The notes beneath the pieces are model-generated. The model saw nothing but the letters and a program-made list of their open reading frames with translations. It was not told the origin of the DNA and searched no databases. From Lama guanicoe (lineage: Eukaryota): a stretch of DNA of 64,000 nt. This document shows positions 1-12,880 of the stretch, in pieces; positions within the stretch are counted from its first letter, which is position 1; each line of letters opens with the position of its first letter. The stretch covers positions 3,749,130-3,813,129 of the forward strand of contig MU054391.1 of assembly GCA_013239625.1 (NCBI GenBank), read 5' to 3'. A program made the position numbers and the translations under genes.

Positions 1-930
1 GCTTCAAGGAACCTGGAACGCAAAGCAATGGGGCATTTTGGAAGGACTGTAATTCAGAGTCTGCAGTGTGTTCCACTTACGAGGTCCTTTTGTGAGGCCA
101 AAGAAAAATGATTACTTTCTCTCAGTGTTTAGTATCTTATGGATAATATACGACATCAAAAATCTTCAGTTCTAAAAACTTAGAGTTATAAATGCAGAAA
201 TTAAAAATAAATGTTCAATTAGGACTAAAATGAAGAGTGAGATTTCTTTAAGTACATACGGAAGATTTACCGGTTTTTTCTTTTCTACATTCTTATAGAA
301 AAATTGTGTGTGTGTGTGAGTGTATAACTTAAATGTATGTTCACAATTTGGATATATACAATGTCTTGTTTTACGCCTTTGTATTTGCTGTTATGTCTTA
401 GACATCTCTTCATACCAATAATTAGAGGTCCAGGTCCTTTACTTGTATGGAGGACAAGTCTTATTTACTCAATGTGTCCCTCTTGATGGGCATTTAAGTC
501 ACTTTCCAGTTTTCACTTTTACAAAGAACGCTACGCAGTGTTCTGTCATCAACACGTTCCAGAACGATACCCGGTTATGCTGACATCCGACATCCAGTAC
601 CCACTCTGATCACCATCCTTCCTCATTGCCCCTAATCCTTTTGCTCCTGGTCTTCAGAAATACTTCATCCCCACGGGATCGCCAGCCCTACTTCCTTTTC
701 AGTGCTCCCTGCCACCTTTATGTCCTCAGTCCTTTTTTTCCTGAAATGCAGTCCTTTCTCCCACTCTCCTAATCACCGGACAAAACACGGCTTTGGCTGA
801 GTCCAGTTTCCTGCTGTTGTGCACCTGCACCCGAGCTGCTCTGTGGGGATGGGGGAGTGCTTGGCCCTGGTTCTGACCACAGTGCTCTCTCAGCAGGCCC
901 CGCAGTCCTGCAGTATGGATCTAAGCATAC

Positions 931-958
931 GTGTGTGTGTGTGTGTGTGTGTGTGTGT
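931..958. repeat. (GT)14 microsatellite
   Basis: Perfect GT dinucleotide run read directly. Confidence 0.95.
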
Positions 959-2744
959 ACATATTTATAGTATGTCTGTGTCTGTATTTTACAAAGCCCT
1001 AAAGGTTTTGAGTGATTATCCCTAACCTCAGTTTTTTCTCATAAACCTTGTTATTTTAGTGATCCCAGCTGTTCTTTGCTTGGTGAACTAATTTAACAGG
1101 AAATAATCTTACATATAACTCAATAATCAGATCCATTTATATATTGAAGTACGTATAATTGGTGAAAGAAGCAAATGAGTGAAATAATTTCTTTAATGCA
1201 GATTTTTGCACCAGTTTGGCTCTGAGGGTATCCAAACAGTTGAGTCCTTTGTTCACAATCTGATGTTGCAGCCCTGTTCATATAAAGGGGTGAACTGATT
1301 CAATTCTATTAGAATGAAATTGGGATTCCAGAAGAGCTTAAGTCTGGAAGACAAGAAGCCTGGTCCTAGGCTGCAGTGCATCACATTTGCTTCAGGGGAC
1401 AAACAGTAGTGTTTTTTTTGTTGGTTTTTTTTTTTTCATGTTTAATCACTCAGAGAGTAATGTGTGGGCATAAAGACTGCTACCCAGTCTGGTCTCCCTG
1501 AGAGCAGGATCATGTCAGATCCATTCATTCCTACCCAGCATCTCAGCAGATGGTAAGGATGCAAAAAAGAAAAAAAGGGTAATAATAGATGAACATTGAC
1601 TATAGGTGTTTCTGCTAAAACCCACCACGTGCACCCCTGGTTCTCTGCAGCGTCAGGCACTAAAACTAGCTGGGCTCGTGGGGAGGTGGGGCGGGGACTG
1701 ACCGCTCACACTCTGCGCAGCTCTGTGAGCAGGGCCCCAGGGAGGGCGGAGTTGAGCACCTGGAGGTCGGAGCCCTGGCTGGAGGCGGCCACCGCTTGTA
1801 GTAAATGTGCGAGTGAAGAACTTCAATGCTTTCACTCATGCCTGTTGGTGGTGCCCAGGCAAAGTCAGAGCACAGCAGCCCCCTGGGCAGGGCTCTGGAA
1901 GGTGGGCTGGGGGGCTTTGCAAGCTGCCGGCAGCCTGCAAAGGCACAGGCTCACAGCACAGCTCTGCGCAGAGGGGCCCAGCCTGCAGCCTTTCCTTGTA
2001 AACCTTTCAATAATGCGGCTAAAAAGGTCTACTACTGTCAGTGTACCAGCTCGTGGAGAGCTTTTCTTTCTCGCTACAGATTATAATTCTATTCACTGGC
2101 TTTTCAGACCTGGGGACAATGGCCGAAACACAGTAAAAGAGACTGTGTGGTATTATCTTTTGTTTGAAGGATTAAAATGTATTGCCAAGCAAAGGCAGAG
2201 AAAAGATGTGCAAAACCCAGGATCACATTTTCTGGAGTGGGTACCTTGATGCTTTGGGATGGAGGAGGCGCTTTCTGCAGGGGGAGAGGGCTGCTCTGGG
2301 CAGGGGCCGGGCCAGGGGCGAGGTCACTCGGAGCTCTCAGCCTCCACGTGCAAGGCCGTGGACTTCAGGAGCTGGTCCTGAGCTTTGCAGGAGAAGAACT
2401 CACTTGCTCAGGCCGCCTGCAGGCAAAGCTTGTCATTTTAGTAAAGGCGCACGAGGAGAGCCTAGCCACCCAGGGGATGCGCGCAGTTTTCCATTGGGAT
2501 GTGTCTCACGTCTGCTCGGATGGAAACATCTGCCGCTCTCAGATACCCCACTTTGAAGTGACTGGAAGGACAGGATTGATTTTGTTCTTTGCTTCCCGAC
2601 CAGAGATGCTTAAAAATAAGCCAGGTTCAGAGGCTGGCATTGCTTTTCTGATGAGCAAATATTGCACTTGCGCAGAGGGAGCCGGGGAAATTCTGGCGTT
2701 ACTATGCCTTTACATTTTCTCCCGTGGATGTGTGTATGTTTTGA

Positions 2745-4710
2745 TAATAATGTCACTGAGATAGAATTCACACAGTATAACATTCACCATGTTGAAATAT
2801 ATGACCCTGCGGTTTTCAGGGTGTCGTCACGTACGAGCATCACCACCACCCAGTTCCGGAACGTGTTCAGTTCTTTCCCGAACCCCTGGAGCCCGCGGAC
2901 CTGTTTCTGCCTGTGTGTGGGGTTGCCTGTTGTGGACATTCCATACGCACACTTTCCTGCAGTGTGTGGCCTTCTGCGTCTGACCTGCTTTGCTTGGCTT
3001 GATGTGTCCGTGGTCCATCCTTACCGTGTCATGCCTCAGTGCTTTGTTCCAAACCCACCATGGGGACCCACCGCGTCTTGTTTTCACAGTCGCCGGTTGA
3101 TGGGCATTAGGGTTGCTTCTGCTTTTCGGCACTTTGGAACCACGCTGCCCTGTGCATATTCACACGCAGGTTCCTGTGTGGACATTTATTTCCCGTCCTC
3201 TTGGGCGTGTGCCTGGGTGTGGAATCGCTGGGTCGTCTGTGACTCCAGGTTCAACGCTGGGAGGAGCTGCCACACAGTCTCCCAGAGCCGCTGCAACACT
3301 CTGGGTCCCAGCAGTGATGGTGAGGCTCAGCGTCCTCCACACCGCACCTGCACGTCTAATCCTCTGTCTTGGACTCTAGTCATCCTGGCGCAGGGGTCGT
3401 GGTGCCTCGTCATGGTTTTGATTTGCCTTTCCCTAATCGAGTCACCCTGCTGAGCGTTTTTGAATGTGATTATTGTACACTGGGATAACTGTTTTAGAGA
3501 AATGTCTATTGAAATCTTTTGCCCACTGAAAAAATTTGGGTTGTCTTTTTATTGCTGATTTGAAGGTGTTCTGTATATAATCTGGATACAAAGTCCTTAT
3601 CAAATATGTGATTTGTATATATTTTCTACCCTTCTTTGGTTTGGTTTTACTTTGTTGGTGGTGTATGATAACACACAGAATTTTAAAATTTTGATGGAGT
3701 CCCAGTTTGTCTTTTTTCCTTTTGTTGTTTGTGCTTTGGACAACATGTCCAAGAAACTAGTGCCTAATCTAAGGTCACAAGGACTTACTGCTGTGTTTCC
3801 TGCCAAGAGGTTTATAATTTTCGCCCTGGTATTTAGGTCTATAACTCATTTTCGAGTTAATTTTTGTGAAAGGTGGAAGGTCTGTGTAGAGACTCATTTC
3901 TTGAATGTTGGTACCGTTTGTTGAAAAGCTGTCATTTACACTCTGGCACTCTTGGAAAAAAGAATCAATTAACCATAAACGTCTGGGTTTATTTCTGGGC
4001 TGTTGAGTCTAAACCGTTGCTCTGTACGTCTGTGCTTATGTCCATATTACACTAATTTGAAGGCATAGCTTTTTAAATGTTTCTTTTGACAGTAGGAAGT
4101 ATGAATTCTCCAATTTTGCTTTTCTTTGTCAGGGTTCTTTTGGCTATATGCGTTGTCTTGGCTTTCTGTACGAATTTTAGGATCAGCTTGTCAATTTCTG
4201 CAAAAAAGAAAGTGAGGATTTTAATATAGATTGCATTGAGTCTGCAGATCAATTAGGGGAGCATTGCTGCCTTTTAACAATACTGCCCTCCAGCCCATGA
4301 GCACAGGATATCTTTCTCTTTATTGTTTTTGATTTCTTGTAATGAGGTTTTGGTAGTCTTCAACGTACAAGTCTTGCATATCCTTTTACATTTATTTATA
4401 AGCATTTTATTCTTTTTGATGCTTTTCTGAAGTGGGTTTCTTCTAACAACATACATTTTTTTGTCCATTGTACCGATTTCTGCCTTTTGACTGGAGTGTT
4501 TAGACCTTTCAGTGTAATTACTGATCAGGTAGAATGTATGTCTGCCAGTTTGCTATTTTTTTCCCCCGTGGGTGTTGTGTCTTTTGTGATCCTTTATTCT
4601 TCTGTTTTGTTTTCTTTTACGAGCGTGCCATTGTAATTCTGCTGTTGTTCATCGTTTTATACATTTTTCAGTTATCTTCTTAGTGCTTGCCCTGGGGATT
4701 ACAGTTAGCG
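2745..4710 (-). mobile_element. Ancient L1 (L1M-type) 3' fragment, antisense
   Basis: L1 3'UTR/ORF2-end motifs in antisense (gagatagaattcacacagtataacattcacc; gagaaatgtctattgaaatc; gattgcattgagtctgcagatcaatt). Minus-strand ORF 3600-3806 resembles degenerate ORF2 (KAQTTKGKKTNWDSIKILKFC). Boundaries approximate. Confidence 0.8.
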
Positions 4711-5101
4711 TGATCTCGCCTTATTTTTAAGCTTTTCCTGGACCTAAACCTCTCCCTGTAGGAGTCCCATTGGGGCAAACGTGAACAGCTGTGGTTGGAA
4801 GAGGAGGAGGACAGAAAGGGAGACCCCGGGGCACTTTGTCACCTGAGACTTGTCTATGTTGGTGGGTTTATCTGTGACCTTCTTGGTGGAATTTGGTTAT
4901 TTATTCCATAAATCTCAGTGAACTGGGATGCTTTCCAAACATAGATGTGATAAAATTTCTAGTGGTTATATCAGCAGCTTCCCCTCCCGGCTTGGAGACG
5001 TGGGGGACGCAGGCTGGGGGTGCTAAGTCTGCATGACAGTCTCAGCCGCCCTCCCCCCAGACCTGCTCTCTGAGCTCCTGTGACCCTCTCCTGTTTCCCA
5101 G

Positions 5102-5294
5102 GTGCCCGGCACCCCGCTGAGCCTGGTACCCTTCCCACCCCCAGATCTGGAGGGACCCCAGGGCCAGAGACCGCGCTTCTCCCGACGGGCGGCCGGCCAT
5201 GAGCGGGGGAGCCAGCTGAGAGCACGGACGCCCCCCAGGACCCCGGGACGTGACCAGAAGACTGTTCCTCTCCTCCCGTCAGGACTTCTCGGAG
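5102..5294 (+). other. RNF144A: Probable 5'UTR exon of RNF144A (193 nt)
   Basis: Pyrimidine-rich acceptor ctctcctgtttcccAG|G, donor GAG|GTAACA, GC/CpG-rich body. The 3' end (...ccgtcaggacttctcggag) matches my recollection of the human RNF144A 5'UTR just upstream of the first coding exon; not verified by alignment. Confidence 0.7.
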
Positions 5295-5672
5295 GTAACA
5301 TTGAGTTTGGAAAACAAAGGCTCGAAAACCCTCATTTAGGTCTTAGTGGAATCTCAAGCCATTGCCTGGAAAGACCATAGACCCTCCTGGATGGGTTTCT
5401 CTGTATCTCTTAAATCACACTATGTACGCAGTTACCTACTTTGCCTCCTCTGAAAGAATTTTAAGGATGGTCCTGAACACATTAGGTTAAGCAATTATAG
5501 TAATTATTTTACTATTAATAACTTTACAAAAATTGTAAAATATTTTACAAAGATTTCCGCACGGGTCCTCATTTCCTGACCATGGCAACCGTGTGGGGTT
5601 GATGTTGCTGGCCTCAGCTCGTAGTCCAGGAAACGGGCTTGGAAGGTCACAGTGACGTCCATAAGACCTGGG

Positions 5673-8370
5673 ATTCATGAATCCATCCAGAACACGTGGA
5701 TGGGGCACCTGTGCTGTGCCAGGCGCTGTTCTGACTCGGGACGCGGGGTGAGCATGGCAGACGCAGGCTGCTCTCGTGGTGACTCTGGGTTAGCGGGGAC
5801 GTGAGTGGGGAGGTTAAGGACCGGCACCGAGAGACAGACTGCATACACGCCACAGGGAAATGGTATGTTTGATTGCCAGGCGTAAGTGTTGCAGAGAAGA
5901 TACAAAGCAACTGAGTGTAGACGGGTGGAGTTTGAAATCCAGTGCTCCGGGAGATCTCAGTAAAAAGCTGACATCCGGACATGGATTTAAGGCACTAGGG
6001 GAACTAGGCGTTTAGAGTCTGGGACAAGAGAACTGTAGTTAGAAGGGAAAGTGGGTGCGAAGGCCCAGAGTCGGGTCTGTGCATCCCAGAATCTTGGAAA
6101 AACACCAAGGGTACAGGGTAGCAGGGAGGTGTGGTCAGGAGGTAACAGAAACCTGACCGTGCACTTGGCTCTGTGGACCTTTGGGTAGAATTCCAGGTTT
6201 TGTGGTAGGAAATCAGTGCAGGGTTTTAAGCAGAGGAGGGACAGGGTCCATGGTAATAGGCTCATTCTGGCATGGATGTGGACAGAATGCAGCGCGTGGA
6301 GGATGGGGGGTGTGGACCGGGAGAGCACTCAGAGTCGTTAGTAATTCAGACAGGCGATCGTGGTGTCTTGCTCCTCTGGTGGCAGCGGAAGTCGTGAAGC
6401 GAGCTCCCATTCTGGGCATATTTTGGAGGTAGAGCCCTGAAGGCAGAATGGCCGTGGGACTTGAGAAGAAGGGAAGGTCCATCCTAGAAGGCGAGGACTT
6501 CAGCATGTGTACCTAGAGGGAGTTGTGAGCAACTGTGATGGAGAAGTCTGCAGGCAGAGAGGGTTTGGTGCAGAAAGAGGTGAGAAGCTCAGTTCTGAGC
6601 AGACTGAGCTAGAGGTTATAAGATACCCACACGGAGATGCTGGGTGGGCAGGCATACCCAGATCTGTAGTTGAAGGTGGTAATCCGAGCTGGAGATACGG
6701 TGGGATCCTTGGCTCGTGATGGGTATTTAAAGGAGTAAGGTCAGATGAGAGCCCCAGGGAGAGAAGAGTGCTCAGGATCGGCCCCTGGGACGTCCCTCCC
6801 ATGTGGGGAGCAAGGGAAGAGGAAAAGCCAGTGACGGAGTTCAAGGCAACCCCCAGGGGGGCAGGGGAGGACCAGGGGTGCGCATCTTGGGAGCCACATG
6901 AAATCACTTGAGAAGGAGGAAGTGATGGGCTGTGTCCAGTGTGGGGATGCGCAGGTGGGGGAGGACTGAGAACCGACTCTTGGATCAGCACCATGCAGGT
7001 CACTGGTGGCTTTGGTAAAAACAGCAAAATATCAGGTGGGTCCTGCGGCTGTGGCAACCAAACCCAGTGGGAGTGGGTGTGGAGGAAACGGTGTGGGGAG
7101 CGGACTTGGGACAGAGGCTTTGCTGCAAAGGGGAGCAGGATGTGGGTGGTGTCTGGTGGGCGATTCAGGCCAGGAGAATTAGTTTGTAGTTGGAAGCATT
7201 AGCATTATTTATATGCCAATGGGAATGATTCAACAGAGAGTAAAAATTGGTAATGTTGGACAGAGCGTGGCTGGAACCATTTCTTGAGTGGGTGAGAGAG
7301 GTGTGCTTGTGTACAAGTGGGCTTGTTTGCTTTGGGAAGAGCAAATGTAGTTACTGATGGGGACAGACTTGTGACAGATACATGGGTGCCTGGGTGGCGG
7401 CGCTCAGAAAAGGAGTTTTCTTCTGATTGCTTATGTTTCCGTTGTGAAGTAGGAAATAAAGTCACTGTTACCGAGTCCCAGCTTGTCCTTTTTGCCACAC
7501 GGCAGGCCAGTAAATCGAGAGGTGAGTTGTTGGAACAAGGAGTAGTGATTGTGTTTGGAAAGCCAGCAGACCGAGGAGGTGGTGGACTAGTGTCCCAAAG
7601 AGCCATCCTGCCTGAGCTAGAATTCAGGCTTCTTTTATACCCAAAGGGGAGGGAGTGAAGTCAAACACTTCCTGTTCCAGTCAGCCTCCCGAGGGCAGGT
7701 GTCAAGGGCTTCCTGCCTGCAGCCGCTCACAGCCGGGCCTGGGCAGGCTGTTCCCTGGGAGCTCAGCAAAGGTGTTTTATCTTAGCACTCATCCCCTGGG
7801 AGGCAGGCTTCCCAGAGATGGGCCACATCCCTTTAGCGGTTACCTTATAGCAGGACACAAAGGTTAAAGGCAAAGAAGCAGACACAGTGTGGGGTCAGAT
7901 TTGCTCCTCCCTGTTCCGTCACCGGCTGGAGGGCTTGTCAGCCTGGGGAGACAAGGAGTGAGGAGTCCTCTAGAGAGGGGGGCGCAGAGCGGCCAGATCA
8001 CCTGGTAGCGGTAAGAGTCCAGCTGAAGCTCTTGGCCACAGGCTGAAAGCCCCCATCGGTGAGACTGTGTGTTTCTAGAGAGCTCAGCTGGGGAGCTGAA
8101 GGCCCACACACAGTAGCTCCAGAATGGAATTCCAGTTTGGCTGAATAGAGAGAAACCCGAGTGACAGCGTCTGCAGGGGAGGGATGACTCGGTCACGTGA
8201 AGATGAGCACCGTGACGTGCGGAGAGGATGCCGGCGGGAGGAGGAGGTCGGGCTGGGCGATGGATGGGTTTGACTGGAGGTGCAGGGGGAGGGCCGGTGC
8301 TGTCTGGCTGGGGACACTGGAGGAAGTGGCTGGAGAGATGGAGGCAGTGGGCTGACATGTGCGCGGACCT
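5673..8370 (-). mobile_element. Long L2 LINE relic, antisense, interrupted by an LTR
   Basis: Degenerate antisense L2 3' end (ttcatgaatccatcc...gcacctgtgctgtgccaggcgctgttctg) followed by purine-rich L2-type body. Host sequence resumes after the LTR at 7919. Confidence 0.75.
7466..7918 (-). mobile_element. Solo ERV (ERV1-like) LTR
   Basis: Starts TGTTACC, ends TGTTCCG (degenerate TG..CA termini), flanked by direct repeat TCAC (7462-7465, 7919-7922). TATAAAA on the minus strand at 7633-7639. About 450 bp. Confidence 0.7.
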
Positions 8371-11267
8371 GGAGGTCTGGGCGTTTTTGGAACCTAAATC
8401 CAGTGTTCCTGCCCCTGAGTCTCAGGTCCTCATCACCCCCCTTTGCCTTTTCACTGCCTGCATTTTGAAAGGACCTACTTGAGAAATCTTATTGAACCCC
8501 CAGCCCTATACCAATATTACCAACGTGCGCCTCCGGTGATGCTGGCAATTTGTCGCTGATATCTTACTGACACCTTTCTTTGCTGAGGCAGAGGGAAGTC
8601 TGCGGCCGTCCCATCCGTGCAGTAGGAAAGAGGAAATGTGACAACTGAGATTTGAAACTGCTCCTCCTCTTCTCCAAATGCCTTGGACGCTGTGTTTTTT
8701 TTTTTTTGTTTGTTTGTTTGTTTTTTAAACATTTTAAAGTTTTTGCATCTTTCTCTGCAGTACATTTCCCGGTCCAGAGGTATATCGAGTCTCCTCAGGT
8801 CTGAGGGAGACATTAAAGCACCTGGAAAAATGCAGGGCAAGGCCAGGGAATGGTGCATTCCTCCCAGAATCTGCCCACAGTCACCTCTCATGACAGTCTG
8901 TTTGGGAATCTGTCTCCAGCAAATTCCAAGAACTGAAATGGCTTCACAAGCACAAAAGATTCATGTTGAAGAAGCCAAAATACCAGAAAATGACATTCCA
9001 GAGCAAGCAAAGATATTTTTAAATGTTTAGGATTTATAAAGCGAAGCAGCCTTCATAGAATGCAAACCAGCCCCGATTCACATTTCTGTGATTGAAGTAG
9101 CTAAATCTGAAAGACAGTTTTCTTTTCTTTCTTTTTTTTTCTAAGTGGAGAATGTCATCGGTAAGAAAAGAAATCTTCTGTTAAGAAACTGTAACGGTGC
9201 CTTGGCCCGCATTCAGCGCGGGGCAGGGCCGGCCCGGGGAGCTGCAGCTGGCGGCCGGGCTTGGTGCAGCCCTGCTCCGGGGCAGTGAGGCTTTAAGGCA
9301 AAGGTCATTTAAAACACTAACTAGAATCGCAGATAGCAATACCCTGCTTTAGTCCTTGTGGTTTCAGGGCGGCTGAGGTGGTTACACGAGCAATATTTTT
9401 AAAAGCGGAATCACGTAAAGATGCTGCTCTGAGAGGCTATGGCAGAAGGTTCTGCTAAATCATAACAACTTCCCACATTTATCTCAGTTGCAGTTTCTTT
9501 GTTTCATTTTATTTTTTGTTCTTGTTTTTGTTTGTTTAGAGAGCTCGCTGTCCTCTGGGCCATGCTGTCCAGCCAGTCTGTTTCCTGGGTCAGCCTCCAT
9601 AAGTGTTCTTGGTGTTCCCACATCCCGAGTTCTGGCGGCAGTGGGACCGCTGGTCCAGGAAAAACGGGGACCTGCTCCTGCGGACAGTGCGGGTTTCTCC
9701 AGAAGGGCCAAGCAGCAGGCACTTAATGAGCATCAGTTATGTGCAAGGTCATGTTCTTGGTCCAGGAGGGATGGAAGAGGAGACACAGGGCGGGCTTCTG
9801 CTTTGGCGTTTTTCCTTGACTGATGTTAACAAGCAGAAGAGGTGGAACTCTGGCTCCCAAAATGAGCTTAGGGCAGAGCAGAACTGAGGCTGTGAGAAAT
9901 GGGCGCTGAGTACCAGGACCCCTCACGGCCGAGACCGCTGAGTGGAGAGAAAGCTGGTTAAGAGTGCTCGGGCCACTCCCGCTGGACCCTGCAGATTTGG
10001 AGTGAGACTCTGTCCTGTGGCCCCTGGGGAACTGTTAGGGTTTGTGAAGGGTAGTGATAGGATGTTAGAAAAGAAAAATGGCCTGGACAGATTTACTGGG
10101 CCCTGTGGTGCTTCCAATGCAAAGAAGACATTGAAAGCAGAGAAAAGAGTCGAAAAGTTTGATCATGTGACTTCACAAAATTAATGGAATTCCCCCACCG
10201 TTTAAAAAATACGGTGCTTCTGTGGTTATTCCCCAGGGCCTAACAACAGAGCTTCACAAACACAAGCAACACATTGACCAAGAAAGATGCCTCCTGCCAT
10301 ACATAGGACTTTGGCTGCATTTGCATTGCTTGATTAAATATCAATGAGGAGACCAGTGGTATCGGGTCATTATGGTTTATTTTCAGCTGGATGACAGAAC
10401 TGACTTGCTTCAATCTCATTTTAATCCTGACTTTCCTTATTTTAGTAACTGACTTTATGAGTGTGTTCCATAATGTATTTCTCAGTGTTTATCAAGTGAC
10501 TATGGATCTGTCTATCTACCAATACACTTACTTGAAATTAAAAATAAGGTAAGAACTTTTCTGATAAAAAGGAGTTCTGATTGGCTCACTGGTTTGACAA
10601 GAAAGACTGTCTTCATCTCGTAAGTTATTGGAAGGAGCAAAATATGCAAATAATGTGGACAAGCATGTAGTCGAAACATAGTTATGTCAAAATCGTGTGT
10701 TAAGGTATTTTCTATTGGCCGGTGCATTGAATGAATATATCCTTTCTCAGATTCTTTCTGAGAGTTGTCTTGGTTTAAAAAGGTGCCTCTAAGGGAAGAA
10801 GTAACAAACCCAACTGAGCGATTTCCAGATCCTAGTCCGTCGTGTGATGTGCTTCTCAGAACAGGGCCTTGAGTGTCCGGTGTCCTGGTGACTCATTCTG
10901 CTGCAGATCAGGTGGTTTCCAGAGCTTTTCTTTTGTTGGAAGACCCACTGATTAAATTGTCACCTCATCACTGAAACTAGCTTTTACTTGGTGACAATGT
11001 GACTTTTGGCATATATGTGAAGAGGTGCAAAGAGCTGAGTTTCATTTTTATAAAACACCATCTGCTCTCATCTATCTACTTAAGTCAACAGGCAGTAAAG
11101 TTATTACGTCTATAAAAATGAGAAATTGGAATGTAACTGACCTTGAACTAGATCTTGTTATGACTCTAAGTGATATTTATCTATGGATACCCGGACTCCA
11201 GGGGAAAAAAATCCAAACCAAATTTTTTTTTGCTTTGAGATCTACTAATTAGTTCTGTTAATCCTTC

Positions 11268-11810
11268 TTTATTTTTTTTTAGTTTTATTGCAGTATAATT
11301 GACAAATAAAATTATAATATATTTAAAACATGCATTGCAATAATTTGATACACATTATGAAAGGATTTCTGCAGTCTAGTTAATTATCATATAATTACTG
11401 TATCCATCACCTCATATATTTGCCCTTTTTTGGGTGAGAACACATAAGTTCCACTGTCCTAGCAAATGTATACAGTACAACGTTATCAGTTATAATCAGC
11501 ATGTTATACTTTAGACCCTGAGATCTTCATTTTATAAATGAAAGTTTGCACTCTTACCAGCTTCTCTCTGTTTCTCCCACACTCCTGCCCTGGCAACCAC
11601 CGTTCTACTCTCTGTTTCTATGAGTCTTTTTTTAAGATTAAAATTAGTTGATCATGTACTTAAGGGTTTATTTCTGGGATTTTTATTATGTTCCATTGAT
11701 CTGTGTGTCTTTTCATGCCAATATCGCACTGCTCTGATTACTGTAGTTTCGTCATATAGTTTGAGATCAGGACGTGTTCAGCTTTGTTCTTTCTCAGGAT
11801 TGCTTCCACT
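11268..11810 (-). mobile_element. L1 (L1MA-like) fragment(s), antisense
   Basis: T-tract, then ttattgcagtataattgacaaataaaatt... L1 3' end; cctggcaaccaccgttctactctctgtttctatgag; jumps to a more upstream L1 segment near 11640. Confidence 0.8.
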
Positions 11811-12739
11811 ATTCATGCATATTTTTAAAAAATAAGTGATATATTAGACATTGCGTTTTTTCAACTATTGTTGCTTTATTTTAAAAAGGCAGAATTTCCA
11901 GTATGTCAGAAGTTACATCTTCTGCAACTATTTAAAATTCTTCTATAATTTTTAATGGCAACTAAGGAGTGTGCTAAAGGCCTACGTACTTTTAAAAAGT
12001 TATTTTTGGCTGTAGCCCAGACATAAAAAACCCAAAAGTTCTCTGCTTTGGGCCACAGAGAACAAATTCAAGGCTCTGTGGTGTAGTGGGAAGGGAGAGA
12101 CACGGGGAGTGAGAAGGCAGGTCCGGCCCAGCCTTACCACTTCCTGCCCTGGGAGAGGCACTCACTTCGCAGGGCCCGGATTCCTTCACTGTAGAACAGG
12201 AACCACGGCGGTGCTTCCCACCTCTCTGGAAGTCCTTCGTGAGGAGCAGATGCGCCTGAAGGATGGGGAAGTTTCTCATGATGTGTAAACAATGTCCAGC
12301 TGTTAGTTACTGGCTGAGAACCAGATGCAAATGAAATGACCACCTGCAGCTCTCCTGGGACCCGAGGGAAGGCGCAGTGAGGGGGATGTGGGCGTGCGTG
12401 TGGCCAAACCTTGGAACCGCAGAAGACGCAGGAGGGTGACGGGAAGCACGCTGCTCACAGCTGCGAGGGGGGCCCAGCGTTTTGTTCTCTGAGGAGAGAC
12501 ATCCTGATTACCAGGAGGCTGTGGGAATTTGGAGGATCTGGCTAAGGGATGTTTTCCACGACAGCGTGGAGGGTGAAGCCACAGCCTTGGAGGAATCTGC
12601 ATTACTCTCGGGCTCCTGAAGCCACTGTGCAAAGATCTAGGGGGAGACGAAGTAGCGGGGGCTGCCGCCAGCCGCCCTGGGTCTGTCGCTTTGGAGCCCG
12701 TACGTGAACCTCCGAGCGCACTGCGGCTGTGCCGGCTGA

Positions 12740-12880
12740 CTCAGCTCTCCCGGCGTTACAGCTGCTGTTTGCCCATCGTCCAGTCGAGAAAACTAAGCCT
12801 TGAAAGTGTCTTGTTTACGATGATGCAACTGGTAATTGATGGAGGGCAACAAACCCAGGACGCCCAGCTTCCGGATCTCA
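12740..12880 (-). mobile_element. MIR SINE relic
   Basis: Degenerate antisense core (gcccatcgtccagtcgagaaaactaagcct...aaacccagg). Confidence 0.45.

Noticed and set aside
2662..3453. 263-aa ORF
   Set aside because: It lies antisense within a GC-shifted L1 relic, has a non-ATG start and shows no recognisable domain.
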